Of a DNA stretch of 61,408 nucleotides, positions 9,116 to 19,506 are shown piece by piece (positions within the stretch are counted from its first letter, which is position 1; every line of letters starts with the position of its first letter). The stretch is from an uncultured virus (IMG/VR IMGVR_UViG_3300044729_003978) (Duplodnaviria > Heunggongvirae > Uroviricota > Caudoviricetes). The translations under genes and the position numbers were made by a program. The notes under the pieces are model-generated. The model was not told where the DNA came from. It saw only the letters and a list, made by a program, of their open reading frames with translations, and made no database searches. Where the stretch lies: the IMG/VR virus record IMGVR_UViG_3300044729_003978; one strand, given 5' to 3'.

Positions 9116-11044
9116 TTATCCTCCTATATCAACTAGTTCACAACCATTTGCGGAGCAAGCTAAAGTTTGCGAACTAGAAGTTTTGTCTTCTTTTTCATAA
9201 ATCTTAAGATTTGCCCAGTCAACATTCTTAGGCATTTTAAGAAATAGCGATTCGTATTCTTCTTTTGAGCAGTCCTGATAAGGAGCCTGTCTATATGAGT
9301 GATCTGAATGTGGTAAGAATGAAATTCCGCTAATCTCATCAAAATGCCTATAGACCCAAGCTCCAACATCTAACCACTCATTTTCTTTAACAGTTATTGT
9401 TATTGATGGCTTGTGTTCACACCAGTACTTTTGGTAAGCAAGCCATAGCTCTAGATGGTCAATAGCAGCAATATCGTTTCTAGTGACAGATCCAACAGCC
9501 TTCATCGGGAACGAAAAAACCATAACGCTGTCTGGCTTCATAACGCAAGGCTCAGCAGGAAAACCCATATCTAACATCATCTGACAAAGAGGATCTTTTC
9601 TATCAGCTCTAACAGTTCTTATATAGTATTCATTGTGTCTAGGATGTATTCCAGACGCTGAATCTGTAAGTTGAGAAACAGTACCAGAAGGCTTAATGCA
9701 TGTTATCGCCGCAGCCCTGTTTATCCCAATATTTTTAGCCCAAATAGAGTTGGTTTGTACAGCAACATTTTTTAGACGAGTCAATAATCCTGAAAGTTCT
9801 TGATTATTCGTTCTCATCATTTCATTGTCTAATATTCCAGTTAAGGACACCCCAAGTAATGCTTCCTCTTCGCAATTCTTTTTCCAAGCAGAAGACAGGT
9901 ATGGAAAATACGTAAGCGAAGCCTGCCAAGTTCCTAATATAGTGGCTAGCTCTACTTTCCTGGCTAAAGACTTTTCGTCATCATCCGAGCGCACCACAAC
10001 TTCTGTAAGATTACAGAACTGCTTGTCTCGCAAAATTATTTCAGAGCATGGGTTTGTTCCGAAGTCATGGTTATGATCTCTTCTTTCACCAAGCTTTGCT
10101 ACAGTCTTTCTACAAGCATCCCTGTTAAATATACCGCGTTCACCACTCTTACTCTTTATCAGCGAGTGCCATTCTTCTATAAAGATTGTTGCGTCTGGTT
10201 TTTCTTTGTAGGCGACCGAGTTATTTGCCAGTGCGCGTTGAGGATTTTCGTTCCACCAGGCTCCGCTTTTTGCGTCTCGCATTCTTTCATCAGTGAGGTT
10301 ACTAAGGGATATAAGAGCTGATCTTCTGACACCTCCGACAACGACAATTTCTGCAATTTTACAAACAATATCGTGGCACTCAATGGAATTAAGTTTTCTT
10401 CCAGCAGCCTTTTTAAAAGTTTCTGTTGTAAACTTGAAGAGTTCATTAAGAGGTTCGGGTCCAGACGCTCGTCCTCCGAAAGTTTTAAGTCTTTCTCCTG
10501 CAGCACGAACTTTACTGAGATCCCATTTCGGTATCTGGCCGCCAACAAGTAGAGCGATAAGTTCTCTGAAGGCGTTCTTCCAACCAGCTTTGCTATCTTG
10601 AACGACAATTGTCGTATCAGATTGACTAAAGTTTTCACTGATTGTTGGAAGCTTTTCAACATATTGACGCTCTACGCTAAATCCTACACCAGTACCACAC
10701 ATCAATACATACAGAATTTCATCAAAAACTCTTAAATTACCAACTGCTACGTAAGAGCAATTGTAGCCAGCAGTATTGTCTCTAGAGAGTGCATCACCAG
10801 CAGTCATTAAAGCTCGCATGCTAGGCATTACCTCTAGATTTATAATCGCATTAAAAAGTTCTTTTTCCACCTCTTGGGTAAGTTCATACCCTTGGTTTTC
10901 TTTTAAGTGCTTTTTCATAAACCTAAAATATCTAGAGACAGTCTCTTCCCATGATTCTCTTCTGTTTTCAGAAGGAACCCACTTAGAGTATCTAGACATA
11001 TGTATGAAGCTCTGGTATTCTGTTGGAAGTGATTTTTCTTGCAT
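9116..11044 (-). CDS. nrdJ: class II (adenosylcobalamin-dependent) ribonucleotide reductase
   Basis: PSMRALM, GYNC, GGVRRSA, TNPCSE, CNL and KPSGTVS motifs; C-terminal ACSANGCE; no nrdB in the window. Confidence 0.92.
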   Translation of the reverse strand: MQEKSLPTEYQSFIHMSRYSKWVPSENRRESWEETVSRYFRFMKKHLKENQGYELTQEVEKELFNAIINLEVMPSMRALMTAGDALSRDNTAGYNCSYVAVGNLRVFDEILYVLMCGTGVGFSVERQYVEKLPTISENFSQSDTTIVVQDSKAGWKNAFRELIALLVGGQIPKWDLSKVRAAGERLKTFGGRASGPEPLNELFKFTTETFKKAAGRKLNSIECHDIVCKIAEIVVVGGVRRSALISLSNLTDERMRDAKSGAWWNENPQRALANNSVAYKEKPDATIFIEEWHSLIKSKSGERGIFNRDACRKTVAKLGERRDHNHDFGTNPCSEIILRDKQFCNLTEVVVRSDDDEKSLARKVELATILGTWQASLTYFPYLSSAWKKNCEEEALLGVSLTGILDNEMMRTNNQELSGLLTRLKNVAVQTNSIWAKNIGINRAAAITCIKPSGTVSQLTDSASGIHPRHNEYYIRTVRADRKDPLCQMMLDMGFPAEPCVMKPDSVMVFSFPMKAVGSVTRNDIAAIDHLELWLAYQKYWCEHKPSITITVKENEWLDVGAWVYRHFDEISGISFLPHSDHSYRQAPYQDCSKEEYESLFLKMPKNVDWANLKIYEKEDKTSSSQTLACSANGCELVDIGG

Positions 11045-11055
11045 GTTAGTATGTA

Positions 11056-12063
11056 TTATAGCGCTAAGTCTTCTTCGGATTCAGTTTCTAGATATTGTCT
11101 CATTACTTTTTCAGAAAAGATTCTTGACCCGTATTCCAGATATAGGTCATAATTTTTTTCTCCTATTTCCTCTCTTTCTGAAGGGGCGCGGTTTATCATT
11201 GCGGCAGTTTTGTTTATCATGTCATCAACATCGTCAGCTAGCCAGTCGTTGTAATCAAAAAATTCCTTTACCGCGTCTAGCTTATATGATATAACAGGCT
11301 TTTTAGCCGCCATCGCTTCTAGTACAGAGAAACAAAAAACTTCTGAGGAAGTTGGGTAGTGCCATATATCGCAGTCTTCTAAAATTTTTGCTACGAGATC
11401 ATCTGAGGCATTTGAGAAAATCCTGAGGTTATCTATCTTTTCGGTCTCTTTTAAAGAGATTATGTGCTTATAGTATTCCAAGTCTTGAACTTCTCCAGCA
11501 ATTATAAAATTGTTTTTGGGAAATTTCTTTGCGGCAAAAACAGTGTGATCTACGAGCTTTGATGGGCAGAATGCAGAAACCCTTGCGATTACAGGGTTTT
11601 GTCTTTGCGGCTTGTGCTCAAAAGAGTAGTCAAAGCCAGGTCTCAATACCATGCCATTTTCAATCGGCCCACTGAATAATTCTCCGTACTTAGATAGAAA
11701 GAAAACTTTAGTAAAATTACTGCTTTCAAAGCCTAGTTTTTGATTACACAGAACAGTAACGAACTTTTTCGCTTTCTCTGGCAATTTCTTAAAATAGCTA
11801 GGATTTTGATTGCCAGGAATAAATATGTGAATAATATCAGGATTAAAAACTCTTATGTTTTCAATCATTAGATCGTCATAATCAAAATTATTTGATTTTA
11901 ATAAAAAGGTTTCACCAAGTTCAGAAAATTTTTCTCTGTATATACCATCCCAAAATCCGTAAAACTGCATTTCGTGATTTTTAGAGAAGTTTTCAGCTAG
12001 CGCGTAAGCGGTTTTTGTTGATCCTCCGGCATTGTAGAAGTTGTTTACAAAGACTATTCGCAT
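11056..12063 (-). CDS. GT-B (family 4-like) glycosyltransferase
   Basis: N-terminal GG motif; EVFCFSVLEAMAAKKPVI signature. Confidence 0.85.
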   Translation of the reverse strand: MRIVFVNNFYNAGGSTKTAYALAENFSKNHEMQFYGFWDGIYREKFSELGETFLLKSNNFDYDDLMIENIRVFNPDIIHIFIPGNQNPSYFKKLPEKAKKFVTVLCNQKLGFESSNFTKVFFLSKYGELFSGPIENGMVLRPGFDYSFEHKPQRQNPVIARVSAFCPSKLVDHTVFAAKKFPKNNFIIAGEVQDLEYYKHIISLKETEKIDNLRIFSNASDDLVAKILEDCDIWHYPTSSEVFCFSVLEAMAAKKPVISYKLDAVKEFFDYNDWLADDVDDMINKTAAMINRAPSEREEIGEKNYDLYLEYGSRIFSEKVMRQYLETESEEDLAL

Positions 12064-12158
12064 GTGTATTCTATTATAGATTTTATGTGTTTTAATAATT
12101 CAATTCTAAATCAAGCGTTAAACGATTAGGACCCGTAGGATCGATTATATAAACTATA

Positions 12159-12635
12159 CTATACTGTAAGTTTAGATATATTTCTAAGCTTTTCCTGAGA
12201 CAAACAGTAAGTTAAACCGTGACCTAGATCAACTAGGTTACTGTTTTTTATTAATTCTTCACAATAACACCATCCAGCAATTGTGTAGTTTTGATAGTTT
12301 TTAATAATTAGAGCGTAAATATCCGAATCCTCTAATTTTTTGTCTTTTGTTGCTAATAACTTGCCAGTTTTATATCGAGTTGTTTTTATATCTATTTTTT
12401 TACCATTCCAAACTAAATCAAATCCGCCTTTTCTAGGCTCTATAGACATGTCTGGATATAGATTAAACGCTTTACAAAATGCAAACTCTCCACAGATTCC
12501 ATCTAAATCAGTTATATCGCAACTCTGAGGACCAATTTTTTTATCTAAAACAGATGCAACTCTGTTATTTTGGTAACGGCTTTTACCAAGCCACTCGCAT
12601 ATCTTAACTTCTGAATCAGTTAGTTTTATTTTCAT
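12159..12635 (-). CDS. putative PD-(D/E)XK-type nuclease-like protein
   Basis: G..GEFAF..., GGFDL...IDIKTT. Confidence 0.5.
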   Translation of the reverse strand: MKIKLTDSEVKICEWLGKSRYQNNRVASVLDKKIGPQSCDITDLDGICGEFAFCKAFNLYPDMSIEPRKGGFDLVWNGKKIDIKTTRYKTGKLLATKDKKLEDSDIYALIIKNYQNYTIAGWCYCEELIKNSNLVDLGHGLTYCLSQEKLRNISKLTV

Positions 12636-13806
12636 TTATATAAACGATAACTAGGTTGTTCAAAGGTTTAGAAACTATTGGATTTCTGTGCTTAACTATT
12701 TTGAGTAGATCCGATATTGCTATTGATATCTCGCCCCAATCGGCATCGTCTATTGCTATTATAGTTCTGTGGTTGATTGTAGCTACGTTTATCATATCTC
12801 TGATTGTTGTTGTGTAGCTATGCCCGCCGTCTATGAAGACCATAACATTTTCGAGATTGGTTCCATTTACTTTACTAACCACGTTAGCTAGAGTTTTATT
12901 TGAATCGCCTTTAACAAGCGATACACGAGAATGATCTTCAATGCTGTTGGCTAGAAGCTCTGAAGCTTCTGTTATTGATAATGGCGGTTGTTCTGGAGGA
13001 ATCTCGTGAGGCGGAGCTTTCTCAAAAAGATCGAATAAATAAGCAGATTTGGGCATATGGAGCTTCATTAAGTTTATAGCTGTATTCAGTCTGAAGCATC
13101 CTATCTCTAAGTAACAGTCTGGCTGATTGGCAAGATAAACATCTCTAAGCGCTTCGAATTTTCCACCAATTAAAATATTGTTGGATAAATCGGTCTCTTT
13201 TTCTTTAGTATAATTTTTAAAAAGCATATCCTTTTGTACCGTTTGTCCTTGAAATTTATTTTCTCCATCAATTGCAACAAAAACAAAACCAAGCTTGTTT
13301 ATTGCATAAATTATTTCACTTGAATTTGCTGAGCCTTTGTTATATTCTACAACTGGCGTTTCTAGCAAAATCCACTTTGCTTTTTTGATTGTTTTTTCAC
13401 CACCAATTATAATTGGAAGCTCAGATCCTTGAGTGTCTATCTTGATAAAATCGTATTCTGCATCTCCAATTAAATCATCAAGCTTATATGTTTTTATCTT
13501 AGAGATATTTACGTTTCCGTCTTTGTAGAAAGCTGTTTGTTCTCTGAAGAATGACGCGCCCTGGCATGTTGGTTCGCTTTTGTTAACGAAAAATTCTTTT
13601 TCAGAAGAATCAGAACCAAGAGCAGCTATTAGGTAGCTATCAGCTCTTTTTTTTAATTCTAATTCGCAGGCTGGATTCGCTTCTATGGAAAGGATGTTTG
13701 CCTTCGGATTTATATTTTTGAAAAGGGTAGCCGACTGCCCTATATTGGCCCCGATATCCAAGATGCTCTTTGACTGCTGTATTGCGCGCTTAGTTATATT
13801 ATTCAT
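12616..13806 (-). CDS. two-domain SAM methyltransferase (FkbM-like + Methyltransf_24-like)
   Basis: LDIGANIG and IKIDTQGSE in the N-half; LEIG, GDS, FIDGGHSY and IDD in the C-half. Confidence 0.85.
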   Translation of the reverse strand: MNNITKRAIQQSKSILDIGANIGQSATLFKNINPKANILSIEANPACELELKKRADSYLIAALGSDSSEKEFFVNKSEPTCQGASFFREQTAFYKDGNVNISKIKTYKLDDLIGDAEYDFIKIDTQGSELPIIIGGEKTIKKAKWILLETPVVEYNKGSANSSEIIYAINKLGFVFVAIDGENKFQGQTVQKDMLFKNYTKEKETDLSNNILIGGKFEALRDVYLANQPDCYLEIGCFRLNTAINLMKLHMPKSAYLFDLFEKAPPHEIPPEQPPLSITEASELLANSIEDHSRVSLVKGDSNKTLANVVSKVNGTNLENVMVFIDGGHSYTTTIRDMINVATINHRTIIAIDDADWGEISIAISDLLKIVKHRNPIVSKPLNNLVIVYINENKTN

Positions 13807-14707
13807 ATGCTAAAACAGCCTCTATTATTCGAGCTAGGTGGTCTTGAGAAAGTTGGCTTATTTTTGGATTTCTTATGTCATATCCAAAACTCAAAGCGCC
13901 AACATTTTCATTCACTATTAACTCGCACCCACATAAAGCCGCCTCTACGACAGTTCTTGCTGAAGGTTCTTGCCATCTTGGAACATGAACAAATTTTTGC
14001 GTTCTATTGTATACTTCAGAAAGTTGACTTGGAGTTTTTTCCCCTAAATAAACTATAGATTTTGGAAGTGACTCAATAACCCCAGTGTTTCTTCCGACTA
14101 TGTGTAATCCTTTATCCCCAAACATTGCTATAGCATCACCAAGACCCTTGAACCAATTTAAGGCTCCGACAAAAAGATAAGGTATGTCTCTTTGGAGCTT
14201 TTTATCGTAAAAAATTTCTGTGTCTATTGGCTGAAAGAAATGATATATATTAGGTGGTGTTGAGCCTAAAAACTTTGAGAATTCTAGACTGTGAAGCGGA
14301 CTCAAGAATATGTTAAGTTTAGATCCGCTCATTAGCGTTGACATATATTCAGATATCTTGTTTGGTTCGTAAGAACCCCCATCAACCTTGCCACCAAGAC
14401 CATAAGGGGCATGTGTGCAGCCAGTGTACGCGCACTCAACAACTATATACTTTTTACAATCTAAAAAGCTAGAGTATTGATGATTTTCAAACCACTTTGA
14501 ATTTTCTGGGTCATTAAATATGTCGGCGTAAACGGACAAGTCAAAATTTTTGCAATCAATGAACTCGTCCTCTGGAGTTATTACTTGAACTAAATAACCT
14601 ATGTTCTCAAGTAATTTTGCTATAGTATTTATAGCTGCAAAACCGCCCGACATGTGACTGTCGGGCTTATTTGGTTTTATTATAGTATATATTGCTGCTT
14701 TTTTCAC
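13799..14707 (-). CDS. GT-B glycosyltransferase
   Basis: LFVGALNWFKG and EPSARTVVEAALCGC motifs. Confidence 0.8.
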   Translation of the reverse strand: MKKAAIYTIIKPNKPDSHMSGGFAAINTIAKLLENIGYLVQVITPEDEFIDCKNFDLSVYADIFNDPENSKWFENHQYSSFLDCKKYIVVECAYTGCTHAPYGLGGKVDGGSYEPNKISEYMSTLMSGSKLNIFLSPLHSLEFSKFLGSTPPNIYHFFQPIDTEIFYDKKLQRDIPYLFVGALNWFKGLGDAIAMFGDKGLHIVGRNTGVIESLPKSIVYLGEKTPSQLSEVYNRTQKFVHVPRWQEPSARTVVEAALCGCELIVNENVGALSFGYDIRNPKISQLSQDHLARIIEAVLAYE

Positions 14708-14719
14708 ACACTATTCTAG

Positions 14720-15814
14720 TCAGTCGCAGTCTGTCCAGTCCATAAATCTTGGGGTTCTAACTATTTCTTCTGCTAGTTCTTTCCATCTATTGAAAAGAAA
14801 TTCATCAGTAATAGTGTTGCAAGGTTTATCTCTGATTTCAGAGTTCAGCGCGGCCATTACAGCTTCCGCTAAGGCTGTTATTCCATTAGTACAGTTAATG
14901 CCAGAACCAGTTCCACCCAAACCTAATCCGGTTTGCCATGAGTTATAAGTGGTTCTATCCCATAGTTCTATAAGCCAATCTCTCGCAAGTCCCTTGCTGT
15001 ATATGTATTGGGAGACTTGTGCGTAAGTGTATTCTAAATCTTGTAAGACTACTATATTATCTGATATATTTTCGGTTTGTTTTTTTACACCCTCTGCTAA
15101 CTCCGAAAGAGATTCTATTACATCTTCTTTTGTTAGTTCTTCGTTTATTTGCTGCCGCCTTAAATCATCAATTTTTTCTTTAAGCTGCTTTATATAATCC
15201 TCTAATGTTTGTGCCTCTATATTAGGATTATCATCTATAGTTAGATTTGGAAGAATATAAATTGGCGGTAAAGATACAAAACCAACTTGTTGTCCTACTG
15301 GATTATTAAATATTTCTGGAGAAACTGGTTCTACAAAGGCTCTTATATATATTTTTTTTCGGGTCGAATCTAGAGATGCTTGTTTTTTTATCTTAATTTT
15401 ATTTGATTTTTTACCACTATTACCGATTATAAAAAAGGAACCTTCTGGAGCTTCAATTTCAACAGGATCAAATTCTTCATATGTATTTAAAAACTCGGTG
15501 TTAGAAAATGAGTAATAACTTTTACAATATTTTCCAACAGGACCACCTGGTAGATTGGCGTCAATAGAAAATTGGAAAATTGTAACTCCGCCAGACTGTG
15601 AAATTGTAAATACAGAATTGCCACTTCCTATTTTAAAAAACTCATTTACAATGCTCGCATAATCTTTTATTAACTTAACATACGCTTGAATAATTTTATT
15701 TCTAGCCCAAGCGGACACAGTTTGGTTATACTCTGCAATTACTTTATTTTTTTGCAGATTTTTTATTACAAATTTGTTTATGTTTTTATTTATAATATTT
15801 TTAAAATTCGTCAT
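14720..15814 (-). CDS. hypothetical protein (possible virion protein)
   Basis: ATG at 15814 is coupled (ATGA) to the upstream stop. Confidence 0.6.
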   Translation of the reverse strand: MTNFKNIINKNINKFVIKNLQKNKVIAEYNQTVSAWARNKIIQAYVKLIKDYASIVNEFFKIGSGNSVFTISQSGGVTIFQFSIDANLPGGPVGKYCKSYYSFSNTEFLNTYEEFDPVEIEAPEGSFFIIGNSGKKSNKIKIKKQASLDSTRKKIYIRAFVEPVSPEIFNNPVGQQVGFVSLPPIYILPNLTIDDNPNIEAQTLEDYIKQLKEKIDDLRRQQINEELTKEDVIESLSELAEGVKKQTENISDNIVVLQDLEYTYAQVSQYIYSKGLARDWLIELWDRTTYNSWQTGLGLGGTGSGINCTNGITALAEAVMAALNSEIRDKPCNTITDEFLFNRWKELAEEIVRTPRFMDWTDCD

Positions 15815-17265
15815 GGCGCCTCTATTCCACACAAGGCTTCAAAATTGCATCCTTGCTCGCAAAACCAAGAGATATCTAAGCCTTGCTCTTCTAGAAGATA
15901 GAGCGTGTCTAGTTGCTCGCTGGCCGATCTAGGCCAAGGAAAATCTGCTGGTAACCACTGACCATTTATAGGATTTAACCATACCATGCAGTTGTAACAG
16001 CCTTTGCTCCAGGTTTCTGGATCTACTGCGCCGCCGCCATTTGGGTGGTTTCCAGCTTGTGGTTTAGAAATATTAAACAGATTAGCCAAGAACTTCATGC
16101 TTCCAGCGCAAGCATTTTTAATTTGTTCTTGAGCTGGATTTAAATTTCCTACACCAGTTAATATTGGACACATGGTTCTTGGGTCAAATATTTCTGGACC
16201 GTAATTAGAATCCCAATTATATATATTATCTTGGCCCGATTCAACATCAGATATATACTTCTCTAAAAGAGAGCATATAGACTTTTCGCAATCTCTAATG
16301 CCTGTGCCGCCAGCTATTATTTCTGGAAATGTTCTCTCAAAGTAATCTTCAAATTTTGCATCGTCGTCACAAAGACCAAATTTAGACATAATACATCTGT
16401 TGACTATAATGCCGCCAAAAGGAGGCATCCTTCTGTTCTGTATATATCTATCAAATCTTATTGATCCACTAAGTGAACCGCCGCAAATATACTGTTTGCA
16501 CTGAGGAACTTTTTCTTTTATATATTTTATAAATTCAGGATTAGGTATAGTAGCTACTGGCCTAAATCCTCGCCATATACCACCGTCCCAAGGAGACCCT
16601 CTTGGGCCAGGCTTTAGATGCGTACCAGGGGGCGGATATCTACTTCCTTCTGGTGATAATGGAAGCGTTCTCGTGTCTATAACCAATGGTATTACTGGTA
16701 TTGGAACTTCGCCTTCTGGCATTTTAACCGGATTACCGTCTTTGTCAACACAACTGTGCAAGGTAACAAAACCGTTAACGCCTTTTGCTTTACTATTTTT
16801 TGTAACTGGATTATCAAAATAGACTTTACATTTAGGATGCCAGCCTATATAAGGATCCGAGCAAGTATTGCCACCGCCATACCAGCCACGTGGTATATCC
16901 CCATCAGGATTTGTGAATGGTGGCTGAGGGGGGTTGTTAAACCTTAGATCGCAATCTTGAGCTTTAACTATTTGAGATCCTGAAGATCTGTTGTCTTCAT
17001 TTAGTGGTCCTCTATAACAAAACTCTGTATCGTCATTGCATTGTCTTAATGTGAATTCACCACCAAATCCAGCACATTCTTCTTCAGAATATGCAGGCAT
17101 ATAAACTCTAGCTGGACCAACTTGAAATATACAACCACCAAATGTATTAGACTTATCTCTAGGACTGTCTCCGTCCCCAGGAGTTGTTCCTGTTGATTCA
17201 GCAACAACCATTCTCTCAGAGAGCGCCTCTGAAAGTCTTTTTAGAAGACTATCTAATTTTTTCAT
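15811..17265 (-). CDS. Cys/Pro/Gly-rich hypothetical protein
   Basis: long ORF with many Cys and a basic amphipathic N-terminus. Confidence 0.65.
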   Translation of the reverse strand: MKKLDSLLKRLSEALSERMVVAESTGTTPGDGDSPRDKSNTFGGCIFQVGPARVYMPAYSEEECAGFGGEFTLRQCNDDTEFCYRGPLNEDNRSSGSQIVKAQDCDLRFNNPPQPPFTNPDGDIPRGWYGGGNTCSDPYIGWHPKCKVYFDNPVTKNSKAKGVNGFVTLHSCVDKDGNPVKMPEGEVPIPVIPLVIDTRTLPLSPEGSRYPPPGTHLKPGPRGSPWDGGIWRGFRPVATIPNPEFIKYIKEKVPQCKQYICGGSLSGSIRFDRYIQNRRMPPFGGIIVNRCIMSKFGLCDDDAKFEDYFERTFPEIIAGGTGIRDCEKSICSLLEKYISDVESGQDNIYNWDSNYGPEIFDPRTMCPILTGVGNLNPAQEQIKNACAGSMKFLANLFNISKPQAGNHPNGGGAVDPETWSKGCYNCMVWLNPINGQWLPADFPWPRSASEQLDTLYLLEEQGLDISWFCEQGCNFEALCGIEAP

Positions 17266-17266
17266 T

Positions 17267-17686
17267 TTACATTTCCGTCATTATGGTTGGCGCGGATGTT
17301 TGTTGATTAGTACTATCTAATAAACCACCTCCACCACATGCTGGTTTATCTGCGCAGCTTAGACCTGCTTCAAATACTCCACCTTGAGAAGCACACTCTC
17401 CAGCCATTACTCCGTCTTGGCAGTTCCAACCAAGAGTTGGATCAAAAGTGCAGCATCTACCTTCGAACTCTGATGGTGGGCAGTTACCGTCTGGGCACGC
17501 CTGAAGAACTAATGAGTTAATTCTTCCATTTGAAAAGTCGGCCTTTTTTACAATGACTTTCGAAGAACCACCATCTTGACTTACCATAGTCCCTGAGTAT
17601 GATTGGTCTTCTGGCATTTGAGACATAATCTCATCTGCGGCTTTTATTACTCTTCTAAGAGACGCTAAAAGTTTTTCTTTTTTCAT
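17267..17686 (-). CDS. small Cys-rich protein with GxCC...C...C..GG.F...C repeat unit
   Basis: GRCCTFDPTLGWNCQDGVMAGECASQGGVFEAGLSC. Confidence 0.65.
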   Translation of the reverse strand: MKKEKLLASLRRVIKAADEIMSQMPEDQSYSGTMVSQDGGSSKVIVKKADFSNGRINSLVLQACPDGNCPPSEFEGRCCTFDPTLGWNCQDGVMAGECASQGGVFEAGLSCADKPACGGGGLLDSTNQQTSAPTIMTEM

Positions 17687-17690
17687 TTTA

Positions 17691-18305
17691 TTACTCTAAA
17701 TAATTTCCAGTTCTACCAGGAGCTATAACTCTTCTGAGGACTAAAGTGACAACTAATCCTGCTATGCTTGTAACTGTTCCACCAAAATCAAGGGCTATTG
17801 ACTGTCCCTTTGATATTTTTCTGTTCGCCTCTGTTGTGGTTAGTGTACCAGAAACAGACGTATCAGCAGTTCCAGCTATTGAAATAGTTGAAGATAGAAC
17901 GCTTGTGCCTGCCGAGGGGGCTTCTCCGTCGTCACAGATTTTAACGTCTATTGTACCAGAAGATGAAGCTGTTACGAATTTAGCTTTAACCGAGTCTACT
18001 ATGTATTCGTAATTCGCTACCATTACATGTGTATCTACGCAATTTGCCGCCGCAGCAAATGAGAACGAGTATACCTCGTTGTCATCTTCAAACATTGTTG
18101 GTCTTACATCAAACACCTCTTGTGTTCCAGTAACTGGTGTTACTAGTTTTGGTATTCTAGGCACGTTTTGACCGAGAGAAAGGTTTTGCGGATTTGCTTC
18201 GTTAGAAACAATATCGTTGCCTAGCGACACAGCGCTAGAAACCGCCATTGAGCCGCCGCCTTTTTGAAATGAATAAGTTGTTGATTGTGTTCCAGATACG
18301 GACAT
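17691..18305 (-). CDS. putative virion structural protein (beta-rich)
   Basis: Ser/Thr/Gly-rich, beta-strand pattern ending GLVVTLVL. Confidence 0.55.
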   Translation of the reverse strand: MSVSGTQSTTYSFQKGGGSMAVSSAVSLGNDIVSNEANPQNLSLGQNVPRIPKLVTPVTGTQEVFDVRPTMFEDDNEVYSFSFAAAANCVDTHVMVANYEYIVDSVKAKFVTASSSGTIDVKICDDGEAPSAGTSVLSSTISIAGTADTSVSGTLTTTEANRKISKGQSIALDFGGTVTSIAGLVVTLVLRRVIAPGRTGNYLE

Positions 18306-18313
18306 TTTATTTA

Positions 18314-18814
18314 TCAGCTAGCTAGCTGATCTCCAACTGTTAGTGTTGTTACCGAGCTTCCAGCAGTCATTTTTGTAAAGTACACAAGGCCAATGTTGTC
18401 TTCGTAAGACTTTGTTCCAGGCGCAAGGTCTGCGGAGAAAGTTGTTGCTGTAGTCGAAAACTTTGGCTGACCAGAAGCGGTTTTTTCAACCTCAATATTT
18501 GCACCGTTTATAACAAGAACTCTACCATACTGATCAAGAACTTTTGTAGCTCCTGCTCCTGTAAGGTTGTAATCCTCCTCAGTTGTTATAAACGTATAGT
18601 CTCTTTTTCCGCCAAGTTTTGACGCCTGTCTTAATCCGCCAAGCGCGTAATCAATTTTAGATATAACGCTATCTGTAGTTTTGTTTGCGCTAGCATCTGG
18701 CGTTTCTAGCTGACCTTGAGCCACGCTAGTAAACGTCATAGTATTTTTATTGCTTGAAGCGCCAACTCTTCTTACGACTGCGGGTGTGTTGTTGTTTGTT
18801 CCAGTTGTTGCCAT
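18314..18814 (-). CDS. putative virion structural protein
   Basis: Thr/Ala/Gly-rich; start MATTG with GAGG SD and an upstream GTGTAT. Confidence 0.55.
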   Translation of the reverse strand: MATTGTNNNTPAVVRRVGASSNKNTMTFTSVAQGQLETPDASANKTTDSVISKIDYALGGLRQASKLGGKRDYTFITTEEDYNLTGAGATKVLDQYGRVLVINGANIEVEKTASGQPKFSTTATTFSADLAPGTKSYEDNIGLVYFTKMTAGSSVTTLTVGDQLAS

Positions 18815-18852
18815 TTTTACCTCTGAATTAAATACACAAATAAAAGTGATAC

Positions 18853-19506
18853 TTAAATCAGTGGTCCTAAAAACTGTCTTGGCATTGCGCAATACGCAAA
18901 TCCACTACTCAGTATCTCTACGACGCCTTCTTTTTTTGATGGTATAGCACCAAAATAAGAATATTTACAAGAACCGTTAGAGTTCAAGTGTTTGCCTATA
19001 GCAGTTATTTCTGAAAGCTTGTCTGGTTTTTTTGCATAAGTTGATATAACTAGACCGTGTCTTTCATATGGTTCTAGTATGGAGCAGACTTTGTCTACGG
19101 TTTCTTTATTTTTTAGCCAACAATGCTCTAAACAATAGTTTATTTCATTTTTGTATAGTGCTGAGGTCTTTTGTATAAAAGATCTTAACTCGCCCATGTT
19201 TGGCTTCTGTATAATAAATTTATCTAGAGATACGTAGATATTTTTAATAAACGGAAACTCAGAACTTTTTTTAATTAGCTCCAAGCAAGACCCTTCGTCT
19301 ATTCCAGAAAAAGGAAAATTTATCGCTAAAAATATGTTTTTATGCTCAGCGGCTTCATTTTTCATGCGGACTATTGATGACAAGTCCAAAACACAACCCT
19401 TAAGATCTTGCTCTGAGGCTATAGCCATAGAGGATCTTATTTCTTTCTCAGAAGCAATTGCTGAAAAAGCAGTGCATATTATCCTATCTCTTATATCAGT
19501 CGGCAA
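18853..19506 (-). CDS. divergent DeoC-like (aldolase TIM barrel) protein
   Basis: AINFPFSG resembles DeoC VIGFPLG; CLEH, VISTY and FGAIPS fall in register; catalytic Lys not evident. Confidence 0.45.
   Translation of the reverse strand: MPTDIRDRIICTAFSAIASEKEIRSSMAIASEQDLKGCVLDLSSIVRMKNEAAEHKNIFLAINFPFSGIDEGSCLELIKKSSEFPFIKNIYVSLDKFIIQKPNMGELRSFIQKTSALYKNEINYCLEHCWLKNKETVDKVCSILEPYERHGLVISTYAKKPDKLSEITAIGKHLNSNGSCKYSYFGAIPSKKEGVVEILSSGFAYCAMPRQFLGPLI

Noticed and set aside
2145..11044. Inteins or introns in dnaB, recA or nrdJ
   Set aside because: Lengths are normal, motifs are contiguous and no intein splice motifs are seen.
12064..12129. Plus-strand GTGTAT followed by a 14-codon mini-ORF
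   Set aside because: The spacing (15 nt) differs from the other copies and the ORF is too short to support; it may be an antisense promoter or chance.
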